From: Macrostomum lignano
Lineage: Eukaryota
Direction of reading: 5' to 3'
Length of the DNA: 64,000 bases
Assembly: GCA_002269645.1 (NCBI GenBank)
Contig: NIVC01002180.1
Location: forward strand, 24,451 to 88,450
Of this stretch, positions 26,299-37,092 are shown piece after piece. Made by a program: the position numbers and the translations under genes. Within the stretch, counting starts at the first letter, position 1. Each line of letters opens with the position of its first letter. The notes below the pieces were generated by a model that was given only the letters and a program-made list of their open reading frames with translations, did no database searches and was not told where the DNA came from.

Positions 26299-28238
26299 TC
26301 AGTCATGGTACAGGTGATAATGGAAGTGATGATGGTGCCTGTGAATGCAGCGTTTCACTTCACCCTCGGTGGTTGCAGGGGCGGCGGAGGCGGCGGCGGC
26401 GGCAGCTGGAACGGCCGTATGATGAAGCGGTTCACTGTGCAGCCACTCGGCCACCAGCTGCATCGCCTCCAGATGCCGCCAGTGGCTTCCGCCGAGAGTT
26501 GAACGCGGCGGAGGCGGCGGCTGAGAACCGGATCGCCGAGCGAACGACGGATCAGACTGCTGCTGCTGCTGCTGCTGCTTGGTGGCGTGCCGGCGCCTGC
26601 GGCTTCGACCAGACGGTACTGGCAGCGGCGGATTTGTCGGCGGCTCCGGCTGCTCAGTCGGCGGCGGCGGCGGCGGAGGCGGAGTTGGCGAGGACAACCG
26701 TCGGCCAGATTGGCTGCGATGGCGCCTGCGAAGGAAAGCGGCAGAGCGCCGGCCAGGCAGCGGGAAACAGACGGTGGCGCTGGCCGGGCCGGCGGCTGTG
26801 TCGGCGGCGGCGGCAGCCGACGAGCCGCCTTCATTGCCAGCCGGTTCAGCCGGCGGCACCGGGGAGAAAGTCAGCTTCAAGCAGAGCGACGAGGAGCCGC
26901 TGACGCCACCGCCGCCGCCGCTGCCACCGGAGCCGACTGAGCGCTGGATGATGTCAGACAAGGAGCGCATCAGGGCGGTCAGGTCCTACGCGGCGGAGAG
27001 GGGGATTGAAGTTCAACAATATTCACAGGACTAGTTTGCTTATTGTAACAGACCGGCATTGCCTACTGACTTAGTAGCGAGAAAAGGACTTTAAAACGAA
27101 TGCATACTACTAAGACATAATTAAGCTACACACTCTGTGCCGCTGCCTCATACTCACCTCCTTAGTGAACTTGCCCCGTCCATCAAAATCGTATAGCGTG
27201 ACGGACCATTCGGCTTCGGGTTCCTGCTGCTTCTGTTGCTTCTGCTGCTGCTGCTGCTCGATTGACGATTGCTGCTCCGAGTTTTCCTGTTGGAGAATCG
27301 AACTCGCGACGCCAGTTGCAGCCGCCGTCTCGTCATCTTCAACACGACGATGATGCCGACGTCGATGCTGCAATCGACGCTTGCCGCTAAAGTAGGGCTA
27401 AGCAAGCATTGGGTGTTTAGATGTTTTGGAATTGTACTACTGATTTAGAAGAATAGTGTAAGTAGTATACAAGCAGGGAATTTTAAGGAATTTTCGGTTT
27501 TTGGGTGCTACAGAGGGCGATTCATGGGTGTTACAGAGAGCGATTTTTGGGTGTTATAGAGGGCGATTCTTAGGTGTTACAGAGGGCGATTTTTGGGTGT
27601 TATAGAGGGCGATTCTTAGGTGTTACAGAGGGCGATTCTTAGGTGTTACAGAGGGCGATTTTTGGGTGTTATAGAGGGCGATTCTTGGGTGTTACAGAGG
27701 GCGATTCTTGAGTGTTACAGAAGGCGATTCTTCTCTTCGAGAGAATCGTTACAGAAGGCGATTTTTGGGTGTTATAGAGGGCGATTCTTGAGTGTTACAG
27801 AAGGCGATTCTTGGGTGTTACAGAGGAATTTTGGTGAAGAGGGCTAATTGCCAGAAGGGTTTAACTCCTATATTTAATGATACCTGACGACACTCAACAG
27901 CAGTGCATATAATAAGTAAGCATAATTTAGAAGGCATTGGTCGCAGGAGTTACCTCCAGTGTTAGTTTAATGCTTCTGGGCACGCTACTATAAAAATTCT
28001 CGTGCGACTCCCTGCAGCCCAGTAAATCGTCCTGCGCAATTGAGTGTTGCAAAATCTGCTGCTGCTGCTGCTGCTGCTTGCGCAGCTTTTTCTTGTTTTT
28101 CTTCTCTTTCTGTTCCTGTTGCTTATTGCTGTTCTCTTCTGCTGCAGAAGATTCCGCCGCTGGCTGCTTACCGCCACTGCTGCTGTTCGGTTTCTTCGAG
28201 AAAAGCACTGCGTTGGATTGAAAAAATGGAATTGACAT
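26299..28238 (-). CDS. nkd: Naked cuticle homologue (Dishevelled-binding Wnt antagonist); exons 28238-27954, 27397-27158, 26985-26299; 5' end uncertain
   Basis: The spliced EFX motif EWSVTLYDFDGRGKFTKE|DLTALMRSLSDII...LCLKLTFSP parallels NKD EWTFTLYDFDNNGKVTREDI...LRVKLTVAP. The C-terminal His tract HRHHHHFHYHLYHD* is typical of Naked. Junctions are phase 0 GT-AG. Confidence 0.88.
27505..27825. repeat. Minisatellite, 23-bp unit GGGTGTTACAGAGGGCGATTCTT, about 13 copies (nkd intron)
   Basis: Direct tandem periodicity with one interruption. Confidence 0.9.
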
Positions 28239-28356
28239 GGGTCTAGTACTTGTAAAATTTGCAAGTGCATGACACAGAGGATCCGCTCAGTGATGATTGG
28301 CCACGGCCCAGCTCGATTCTTATTTGACAAGACATTTGAGCTCATCTGCACTTGTA

Positions 28357-30785
28357 AGGATTTCTCGGGATGCGGAGGAGTTGGGATCTTCGAGAATTTC
28401 TAAGAGTTGGGATCTTCGAGGATTTCTAAGAGTTGGGATCTTCGAGGATTTCTAAGAGTTGGGATCTTTGAGGATTTTCTAAGAGCTGGGATCTTTGAGG
28501 ATTTTCTAAGAGTTGGGATCTTTGAGGATTTTCTAAGAGTTGATTTTTAAGAGTTGGGATCTTTGAGGATTTCTAAGAGCTGGGATCTTTGAGGATTTCT
28601 AAGAGTTGATTTTTAAGAGTTGGGATCTTCGAGGATTTCTAAGAGTTGGGATCTTCGAGGATTTCTAAGAGTTGGGATCTTTGAGGATTTCTAAGAGCTG
28701 GGATCTTTGAGGATTTCTAAGAGTTGATTTTTAAGAGTTGGGATCTTCGAGGATTTCTAAGAGTTGGGATCTTCGAGGATTTCTAAGAGTTGGGATCTTC
28801 GAGGATTTTCTAAGAGTTGGGATCTTTGAGGATTTTCTAAGAGTTGATTTTTAAGAGTTGGGATCTTTGAGGATTTCTAAGAGCTGGGATCTTTGAGGAT
28901 TTTCTAAGAGTTGGGATCTTTGAGGATTTCTAAGAGTTGAGATCTTTGAGGATTTCTAAGAGTTGGGATCTTTGAGGATTTCTAAGAGTTGATTTTTAAG
29001 AGTTGGGATCTTTGAGGATTTCTAAGAGCTGGGATCTTTGAGGATTTCTAAGAGTTGATTTCTAAGAGTTGGGATCTTTGACGATTTCTAAGAGTTGAGA
29101 TCTTTGAGGATTTCTAAGAGTTGATTTTTAAAAGTTGAGATCTTTGAGGATTTCTAAGAGTTGATTTTTAAGAGTTGAGATCTTTGAGGATTTCTAAGAG
29201 TTGATTTTTAAGAGTTGGGATCTTTGAGGATTTCTAAGAGTTGGGATCTTTGAGGATTTTCTAAGAGTTGATTTTTAAGAGTTGAGATCTTTGAGGATTT
29301 CTAAGAGTTGGGATCTTTGAGGATTTTCTAAGAGTTGATTTTTAAGAGTTGGGATCTTTGAGGATTTCTAAGAGTTGGGATCTTTGAGGATTTTCTAAGA
29401 GTTGATTTTTAAGAGTTGAGATCTTTGAGGATTTCTAAGAGTTGGGATCTTTGAGGATTTTCTAAGAGTTGATTTTTAAGAGTTGGGATCTTTGAGGATT
29501 TCTAAGAGCTGGGATCTTTGAGGATTTCTAAGAGTTGGGATCTTTGAGGATTTCTAAGAGTTGAGATCTTTGAGGATTTCTAAGAGTTGGGATCTTTGAG
29601 GATTTCTAAGAGTTGGGATCTTTGAGGATTTCTAAGAGCTGGGATCTTTGAGGATTTTCTAAGAGTTGGGATCTTTGAGGATTTCTAAGAGTTGAGATCT
29701 TTGAGGATTTCTAAGAGTTGGGATCTTTGAGGATTTCTAAGAGTTGAGATCTTTGAGGATTTCTAAGAGTTGATTTTTAAGAGTTGAGATCTTTGAGGAT
29801 TTCTAAGAGTTGATTTTTAAGAGTTGAGATCTTTGAGGATTTCTAAGAGTTGATTTTTAAGAGTTGGGATCTTTGAGGATTTCTAAGAGTTGGGACCTTT
29901 GAGGATTTTCTAAGAGTTGATTTTTAAGAGTTGAGATCTTTGAGGATTTCTAAGAGTTGGGATCTTTGAGGATTTTCTAAGAGTTGATTTTTAAGAGTTG
30001 GGATCTTTGAGGATTTCTAAGAGCTGGGATCTTCGAGGATTTCTAAGAGTTGGGATCTTCGAGGATTTTCTAAGAGTTGGGATCTTTGAGGATTTTCTAA
30101 GAGTTGATTTTTAAGAGTTGGGATCTTTGAGGATTTCTAAGAGTTGAGATCTTTGAGGATTTCTAAGAGTTGAGATCTTTGAGGATTTCTAAGAGTTGGG
30201 ATCTTTGAGGATTTCTAAGAGTTGGGATCTTTGAGGATTTCTAAGAGCTGGGATCTTTGAGGATTTTCTAAGAGTTGGGATCTTTGAGGATTTCTAAGAG
30301 TTGAGATCTTTGGGGATTTCTAAGAGTTGAGATCTTTGGGGATTTCTAAGAGTTGGGATCTTTGAGGATTTCTAGAGATGTGGAAGAGTTGGGATCTTTG
30401 AGGATTTCTAGAGATGTGGAAGAGTTGGGATCTTTGAGGATTTCTAGAGATGTGGAAGAGTTGGGATCTTTGAGGATTTCTAGAGATGTGGAAGAGTTGG
30501 GATCTTTGAGGATTTCTAGAGATGTGGAAGAGTTGGGATCTTTGAGGATTTCTAGAGATGTGGAAGAGTTGGGATCTTTGAGGATTTCTAGAGATGTGGA
30601 AGAGTTGGGATCTTTGAGGATTTCTAGAGATGTGGAAGAGTTGGGATCTTTGAGGATTTCTAGAGATGTGGAAGAGTTGGGATCTTTGAGGATTTCTAGA
30701 GATGTGGAAGAGTTGGGATCTTTGAGGATTTCTAGAGATGTGGAAGAGTTGGGATCTTTGAGGATTTCTATTGGGATGCAGAGGA
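28357..30785. repeat. Compound satellite: 26-bp GAGTTGGGATCTTTGAGGATTTCTAA plus 14-bp GAGTTGATTTTTAA subunits, then about 12 perfect 36-bp units (30353-30770)
   Basis: Direct tandem periodicity with higher-order blocks. Confidence 0.97.
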
Positions 30786-32602
30786 ATTAGAGAGACGTGT
30801 TTTCCAATGTCTAAACGTGATACGCAGGCCAGTTTAAGCAATTAAAAAAAGAATAAACAAGTACGCGAATATTCTGCGTGAGATCTGAAAGACAGGCGGC
30901 ACAGACAGAGCAATAAAAGATACAATAGAAACTGCAGCAGAAAACTGTGCCAAAACACTGCTCAGCGCTGCACAATAAAGCAAGGAAATCCTCATTGTTG
31001 GATTATGATTTTGCAAAGATATCGGATTAAATAAAAAACGCATAGCCATAAAATCCCTATGGCGCTGGAGTCCATCGTCTCTCTCTCTCACAGCTAAAAT
31101 GTAGAGCAAACAATGCTCCCCTCTCTGGCATAGGGAGATATCCCCATTTTTGGGAGAACAATTTTTTGAGGGGAAGAAGCGAGGAGGAATGCGGCTTATC
31201 AAAGCAAATGACTAGCTATACCAGATAGATTGAGAACAGAGGGTGCAGCCGTGCTCAGCATTAACAGAGATCAGACACTGAGCAAGGTTTTACCGAACAC
31301 TAATACACTTGTACACACTTTGCTTTTCAGAGGGATTTGACCTTCATTGTCCTCACAGATAGAACTCACTGCAGATGATATACACTTAAATACGTATACT
31401 CTTGCATACTACTTTTGGGACCTGCAAGCTGTGAGTAGTATAAAACTGCCAAAATTTTTTAATTACGCCTGACATGGACACCCGCCAGTCAGCTAGCGGT
31501 TTAACACAGATTCGAGCCCGGGTCCTCTGGCCCCAAAAGAGCAATACCCCTCCCTAAGCAATGTATAAATAGGCAAAAACTCACTGGACATGAACGGCAG
31601 CCGCCCTTGTCCGACATCCAATGCCGCGGCCGGCTGACTCATGTCCGATTCTCCGATGTCCGAATAGGACGAAGATCGCCGCCGCCAGACGCTGGTTTTG
31701 GTTGGCATGGCAACGCCTCGCTCTCTCTCTCTTGCCTTAGTTCTCTTGCGCCAGAGTTAAGGAGAGGGGCCGGATACCCCGTATTAGCAATCAGCATGCA
31801 AATGTAAGATCTTGCCTGTTAATAATTGGTTAGAATTCTCCGAGTTCAAGCACGGCTTTAGTTTGAGTAATAATCCCTCTGCATCTCTGCTCATAAATAT
31901 ATGCAATTTAAAATATAACACGTATTATTTATAATTTCTAATCGTTAGAGAAGCTAGAACTGCTAGATCTAAAAAACATTGTGTACAAGAAAACGTTTCA
32001 AAATTAACCAGATAAATAGTTGCTACTTTTTTCAATTTGAATAACTCAAAGCAAACTTATTGGGTATTCCTTCATTTCTCGATAGTTAAACCGCACAGCA
32101 CAACCTCGACAAGCTGGCGTGTACTTAAACTATAGGAATTGGAACAGAAAAGCAGAACAATATTCAGACATTTTCTTGAAGCCTTACTAATAGTAAAACA
32201 ATATGAAAATAATGCTGAAGCTAATATTTCAGTTTTTACAATGCTACATGATCAGCGCGCTGAAATTGCAAGTTTTGGTTTAATAAAAATCAATAAAACA
32301 GTAATAATAATAATAGAAACAATACAAATAAGGCTGCTCACTGATTATATTGGGCAGCAGCGTCAACTTCTTCTGTACACAAGCAGCAAAGCAATCAACA
32401 GGAAGTAGAGGTGGCAAAGCAAAATTAAAGCAACTTCATGTAGCAAACTGTTTTCATTAGTTGCCAGGCTGGGACACAATTTTATAAAACAAAGGAAGAT
32501 GAGCAAAAACTCAAAATAGGCCGCATCAGTTTTAGAAACATAGCCTTTTGCGCTCATCAATTCGGTCTACTGACAAATTGGCGAAGGACCTCGCCTTCGC
32601 TT

Positions 32603-33270
32603 AACAGATTCAGCATCTGGGAGGCTGGCCCAGCAGCTGAGGATCTTGGAGACTGGCCTAGCAGCTGAGGATCTGGGAGGCTGGCCCAGCAACTGAGGAT
32701 CTGGGAAGCTGGCCCAGCAGCTGGGGATCTGGGAGGCTGGCCCAGCAACTGAGGATCTGGGAAACTGGCCCAGCAGCTGAGGATCTGGAAAACTGGCCCA
32801 GCAACTGATGATCTGGGAAACTGGCCCAGCAGCTGAGGATCTGGGAAACTGGCCCAGCAGCTGAGGATCTGGGAAACTGGCCCAGCAGCTGAGGATCTGG
32901 GAAACTGGCCCAGCAGCTGAGGATCTGGGAGGCTGGCCCAGCAGCTGAGGATCTGGGAGACTGGCCCAGCAACTGAGGATCTGGGAAACTGGCCCAGCAA
33001 CTGAGGATCTGGGAAACTGGCCCAGCAACTGATGATCTGGGAGGCTGGCCCAGCAGCTGAGGATCTGGGAGACTGGACCAACAACTGAGGAATGAGGATT
33101 TGAGAGCTGACCCAGCAACTGAAGATCTGAGAGCTGACCCAGCAACTGAAGATCTGAGAGCTGACCCAGCAGCTGAGGATCTGGGAGACTGGTCGAACAG
33201 CTGAGGATCTGGGAGAATGGACAAACAACTGAGGAATGAGGACCTGAGAGTTGATCCAGCAACTGGGGAT
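32603..33270. repeat. Minisatellite, 28-bp unit TGGCCCAGCAGCTGAGGATCTGGGAAAC, about 24 copies
   Basis: Direct tandem periodicity. Confidence 0.95.
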
Positions 33271-33791
33271 CTAGGTGATTGACCCCCAAAGTTCTTCAAG
33301 GCAATATAAAGACACAAATCTGTAATATTTGGCTGCACATTACTAAATAAACATTGCAATGCAGAAATTCAATCACAGCGGAAAAAAAACTAGTAAATTA
33401 AATCAACTGACACAAAGTTCTGATAAATAAGCAATATCTGAGAGTAGGCAGCAGGACAGAAATGATGTATTGGGTATGCAATAAGACTGCAATTGTTTTC
33501 AAAGCTAATAAATGAACAAACAATTTAAAAAAGCTACGGTATAAGGGCACAACAAGTACTCAATAAACCAAAGTGTGCTGGGGATTTCTAACAGAGCAAA
33601 AAAGTTCTACAAAGTTAAACAAAGACAGTTGATAATATATAATATTAAGCAATTCGCAAAAAGAAGCTAAAGGCAAACTTTAAACAATCTGCAACGAATG
33701 AACAGTAATTCTAATACTTAATAACTGGATTGACAACTGGGTTGGCTGGCTGTGCTAAGATTGGGCTGCTACAGCTGCTAGATTTCTATCG

Positions 33792-36262
33792 TCACGGCGG
33801 TGACAAAACGTTGGGCAGAAATCTTCGCAATACGTCCTCTCTGAAATCGGTGGAGAAAAAGTTTTCAGTGTTATCTTTATAGATTATTTATAATGCTAGT
33901 ACCATTGATGACTTAATGACTTTAATGACTGGGACCTGACAGAGTGAGCGGACTGGGACCTGACAGAGTGAGTGGACTGGGACCTGACAGAGTGAGTGGA
34001 CTGGGACCTGACAGAGTGAGCGGACTGGGACCTGACAGAGTGAGTGGACTGGGACCTGACAGAGTGAGCGGACTGGGACCTGACAGAGTGAGCGGACTGG
34101 GACCTGTTAGAGTGAGCGGACTGGGACCTGACAGAGTGAGCGGACTGGGACCTGACAGAGTGAGCGGACTGGGACCTGACAGAGTGAGCGGACTGGGACC
34201 TGTTAGGCGATTTAATTAACAAAGCGAATGAGCAAACTCACTGAAGCAGCACAGGCAGCTGTCCTAGAGGCAGTCGCCAGCGGACCACTGCCAGTGCGCA
34301 GAGAGTCTGCAGACTGGGCAGGGCCTCCAGAACGAACATATCGGAGAGGTCTTTTAATCCCATAATGGAATCGTCAGGTTCCTCTTCCAGCTGTTCAAGA
34401 GGCTCAACATCGTCTGGCGGTTGCGGCCCAGACTCCTGACGCTCGACATCATCGGCCGGATCGGCCTCGCTATCGGAGTCGTCAACCGAGGCTCGCAGGG
34501 CCGGCAGCCTGGCCAGGAGCGGGGCGTACAGTCGCTGAAACTCGGCCGCCGGAAGCGCCGGCTGGAAGCTGTACCGAACGAAACGGCAGGTGCCGCCGAA
34601 CAGGATCACCCGACTGTTGGACACTGGCACGGCTACTAGCCGCCTTCTGGGGCACGGGCCGCGATAGAATGCGGAGCAGGGCTCAGCCCGAGTCACCGAG
34701 CCGCTGCACGGATCCAAGCACCACAGATCGTTGAGATGCCCGTCCTCATGTCTGATTCGCAGGTCGTTAAAACCGAACCCAAAGTAGATTCGTTCGCCTA
34801 AGCGGAACATTGTACCAGACCGTCTGCCCTGAACATTGTCCAGTCTAGCTCGGAGACTCCACGATTGAGAGTCGGCGTCGAAATAATAAATGCTGGAATC
34901 GTAGCAGGACTCGCCTGAGAACACGTGACCGGCTGCGTCGCTGCGGCCGCCCCACAGAAAGAAGCCGCGCCGCCAGGCTATGCAGCAGCTGAAGTCGCGG
35001 GGCGACGGGGCCTCGGGAATTCCGCTCTGCGGGCATGACGGTATGAGGGCATGAGGACATGAGGGTGACGTTATGAGAGAATGAGGGCATGAGGGTAAGA
35101 GGGCATGAGGGTATAATGGCATGAGGGCATGAGGGTATAATGGCATGAGGGCATGAGGGTATAATGGCATGAGGGCATGAGGACATGAGAATATGAGGGT
35201 ATGAGGGCATGAGGATATGAGAATATGAGGGCATGAGGGCATGAGGGACGAGGGTATGACGGTATGAAGGCATGAGGATATGAAGGCACGAGGGTGAGGG
35301 TATGAGAATATGAGGGCATGAGGGTATGAGAATATGAGGGCATGAGGGTATGAGAATATGAGGGCATGAGGGCATGAGAATGAGGGCATGAGGGTATGAG
35401 AATATGAGGGCATGAGGGTATGAGAATATGAGGGCATGAGGGTATGAGAATATGAGGGCATGAGGGCATGAGGGCATGAGGGACGATGGTATGACGGTAT
35501 GAGGGCATGAGGATATGAAGGCACGAGGGCATGAGGGAGGGTATGAGAATATGAGGGCATGAGGGTAAGAGGGAATGAGGGTATGAGAATATGAGCGCAT
35601 GAGGGCATGAACGCCACCTTTAGATAACCAACAAAGGCAACACTCACTAGCACGGCTCGAATCCTAGTCCACTGCAGATTAATCAAATCGCAACAATAAA
35701 CCTGGTTTTCGTATTCCTCCGCGGCAGTGAAGCCGCCAAATATGAACATCCGATTGTCAACCACGCAGGCGGAGTGGCCGTCCCGACTAGGTGGCACCTG
35801 GCCGGAGCCGCTGTGAATAGTCCAGGCCAGCGATATGGGGTCGAACTGGCACACCTGGGGCGGCGCCACCAGCCTGTCGTTGCGGCCGCCAAACATGTAT
35901 GCGCAGCCATCGAATTGTACAACAGTGTGACCGTAGCGCAGCAGCGGCTTGTCCGGCTGGTCAACCTCGGGTTGATCGGCAGCATAGCAACGCGTCGAAT
36001 GAGTGACGTCTGTCCAGCGCAGGCTGCGCACATTCAGGCACTGTACATCAATTCGACGCAATTGGCGAAGATAGTGCGCCCGATTGCCAGAGAAGCCGCC
36101 AAATGAATATACGAATGAGTTGATGAGGACGGCAGCGTGGTTCACTCGCTCCAGGCAGCCCTGCAGAGCGGCTGTCCAGTAGAGACTGTGGCCGGATTCT
36201 TTGGCGCCGGCCGTCGCCAATTTCCCTGATGGCGCTGCCAGTTCTTTCTGTTGGCCAAGAGT
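33792..36262 (-). CDS. KLHDC3: Kelch domain-containing protein 3 homologue (CRL2 substrate receptor); exons 36262-35648, 35026-34242, 33840-33792; start codon not found
   Basis: Motifs LYWT..RVNHAAV..VYSFGG..RRIDV..SLRW, LRYGHTVV..MFGGRND, RDGHSACV..MFIFGG, PRDF, GPCPRRR..VILFGG and the C-terminal BC-box PSLQTLCALAV match remembered KLHDC3. Intron 35647-35027 holds a repeat. The donor CA|GTGAGT at 34242 plus the acceptor TTTCAG at 33841 add ..LLQEDVLRRFLPNVLSPP*. Confidence 0.92.
33928..34203. repeat. Minisatellite, 24-bp unit GACTGGGACCTGACAGAGTGAGCG, about 11 copies (KLHDC3 last intron)
   Basis: Direct tandem periodicity. Confidence 0.95.
35028..35612. repeat. Low-complexity array of ATGAGGGC / GGGTATGAGAAT units (KLHDC3 intron 1)
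   Basis: An 8-bp core arranged in about 24-bp higher-order units. Confidence 0.93.
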
Positions 36263-36954
36263 CTGCAACAGACACAAAATGCCTTTTGTATTATGACAAG
36301 TTATTAAAAAAACGTGCACAGTGGTTTTATTATTCACTAGATTTTCCCTTTATAAGCTTCTATTGCTAGTATAGCTGGTGTCGATTTAAAGTTTATTTAG
36401 TATTAAATAATATATATACTACTCTATTATTTTTACAGTAAAGCATAAAAATGCTTATATGCTAAGAAATAATACTCTATACTTTTATCAGTTCAACTAT
36501 CAACTGTATAGTTTTTTAAATATTTTATGGTGGTCTAGTCTAACATCTATAAATAATAGAGTTCCACTGTTGCTATGGATATGACTATAGGAAGGTATAG
36601 ATTAGTAGGTTTTTAAACAGAACATATGCATATATTATATTGTAGGGTCAGGGACTCAAACAACATTTTTGACACTACACACATATGTGGTTGGGATGGA
36701 GGGTTAACCCAGTTCCAGTTGGACTCAGTTGGGGTGAATAAAGTGCATTGAGTGAGTGGATAATAATGCTAATAATGCTAGGAAATTGCCTAGCATTTGT
36801 CACTATCAAAGGAGGCTAGGTTGCAAATGAGGCTTCTTGCAAACCAACTAATAAGCAGGCCATCATTATTAGAAACAAAAGATCTTAGTAAGAATTGAAG
36901 ATTTTTTGCTTTAGTTACAACTTAGATAAATATTATAAGAGGAGATATAAGAAG

Positions 36955-37092
36955 CAAGATGAGAGAGAAGGCAAAAAGAAAAGAGGAAAAAGAAGAGGAG
37001 AAAAGAGGGGAGAGAGGGGAGAGAGAAGAGAAAAGGGAGTAAAGAAGGGAGAAGAGAAGGAAGAGGATAGATAAGAAAAGAGAGAAGATAGG
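36955..37092 (+). repeat. About 135-nt near-pure polypurine (GA) tract
   Basis: Almost only G and A on the + strand. Confidence 0.85.

Noticed and set aside
26148-27034. Plus-strand ORFs of 251, 151 and 117 aa overlapping nkd
   Set aside because: These are antisense shadows of a GC-rich, low-complexity nkd exon; the minus frame carries the family motifs.
9609-36262. Functional cluster of two cullin-related genes (CACUL1 and KLHDC3)
   Set aside because: They are about 22 kb apart with unrelated genes between and involve different cullin pathways, so there is no evidence beyond coincidence.
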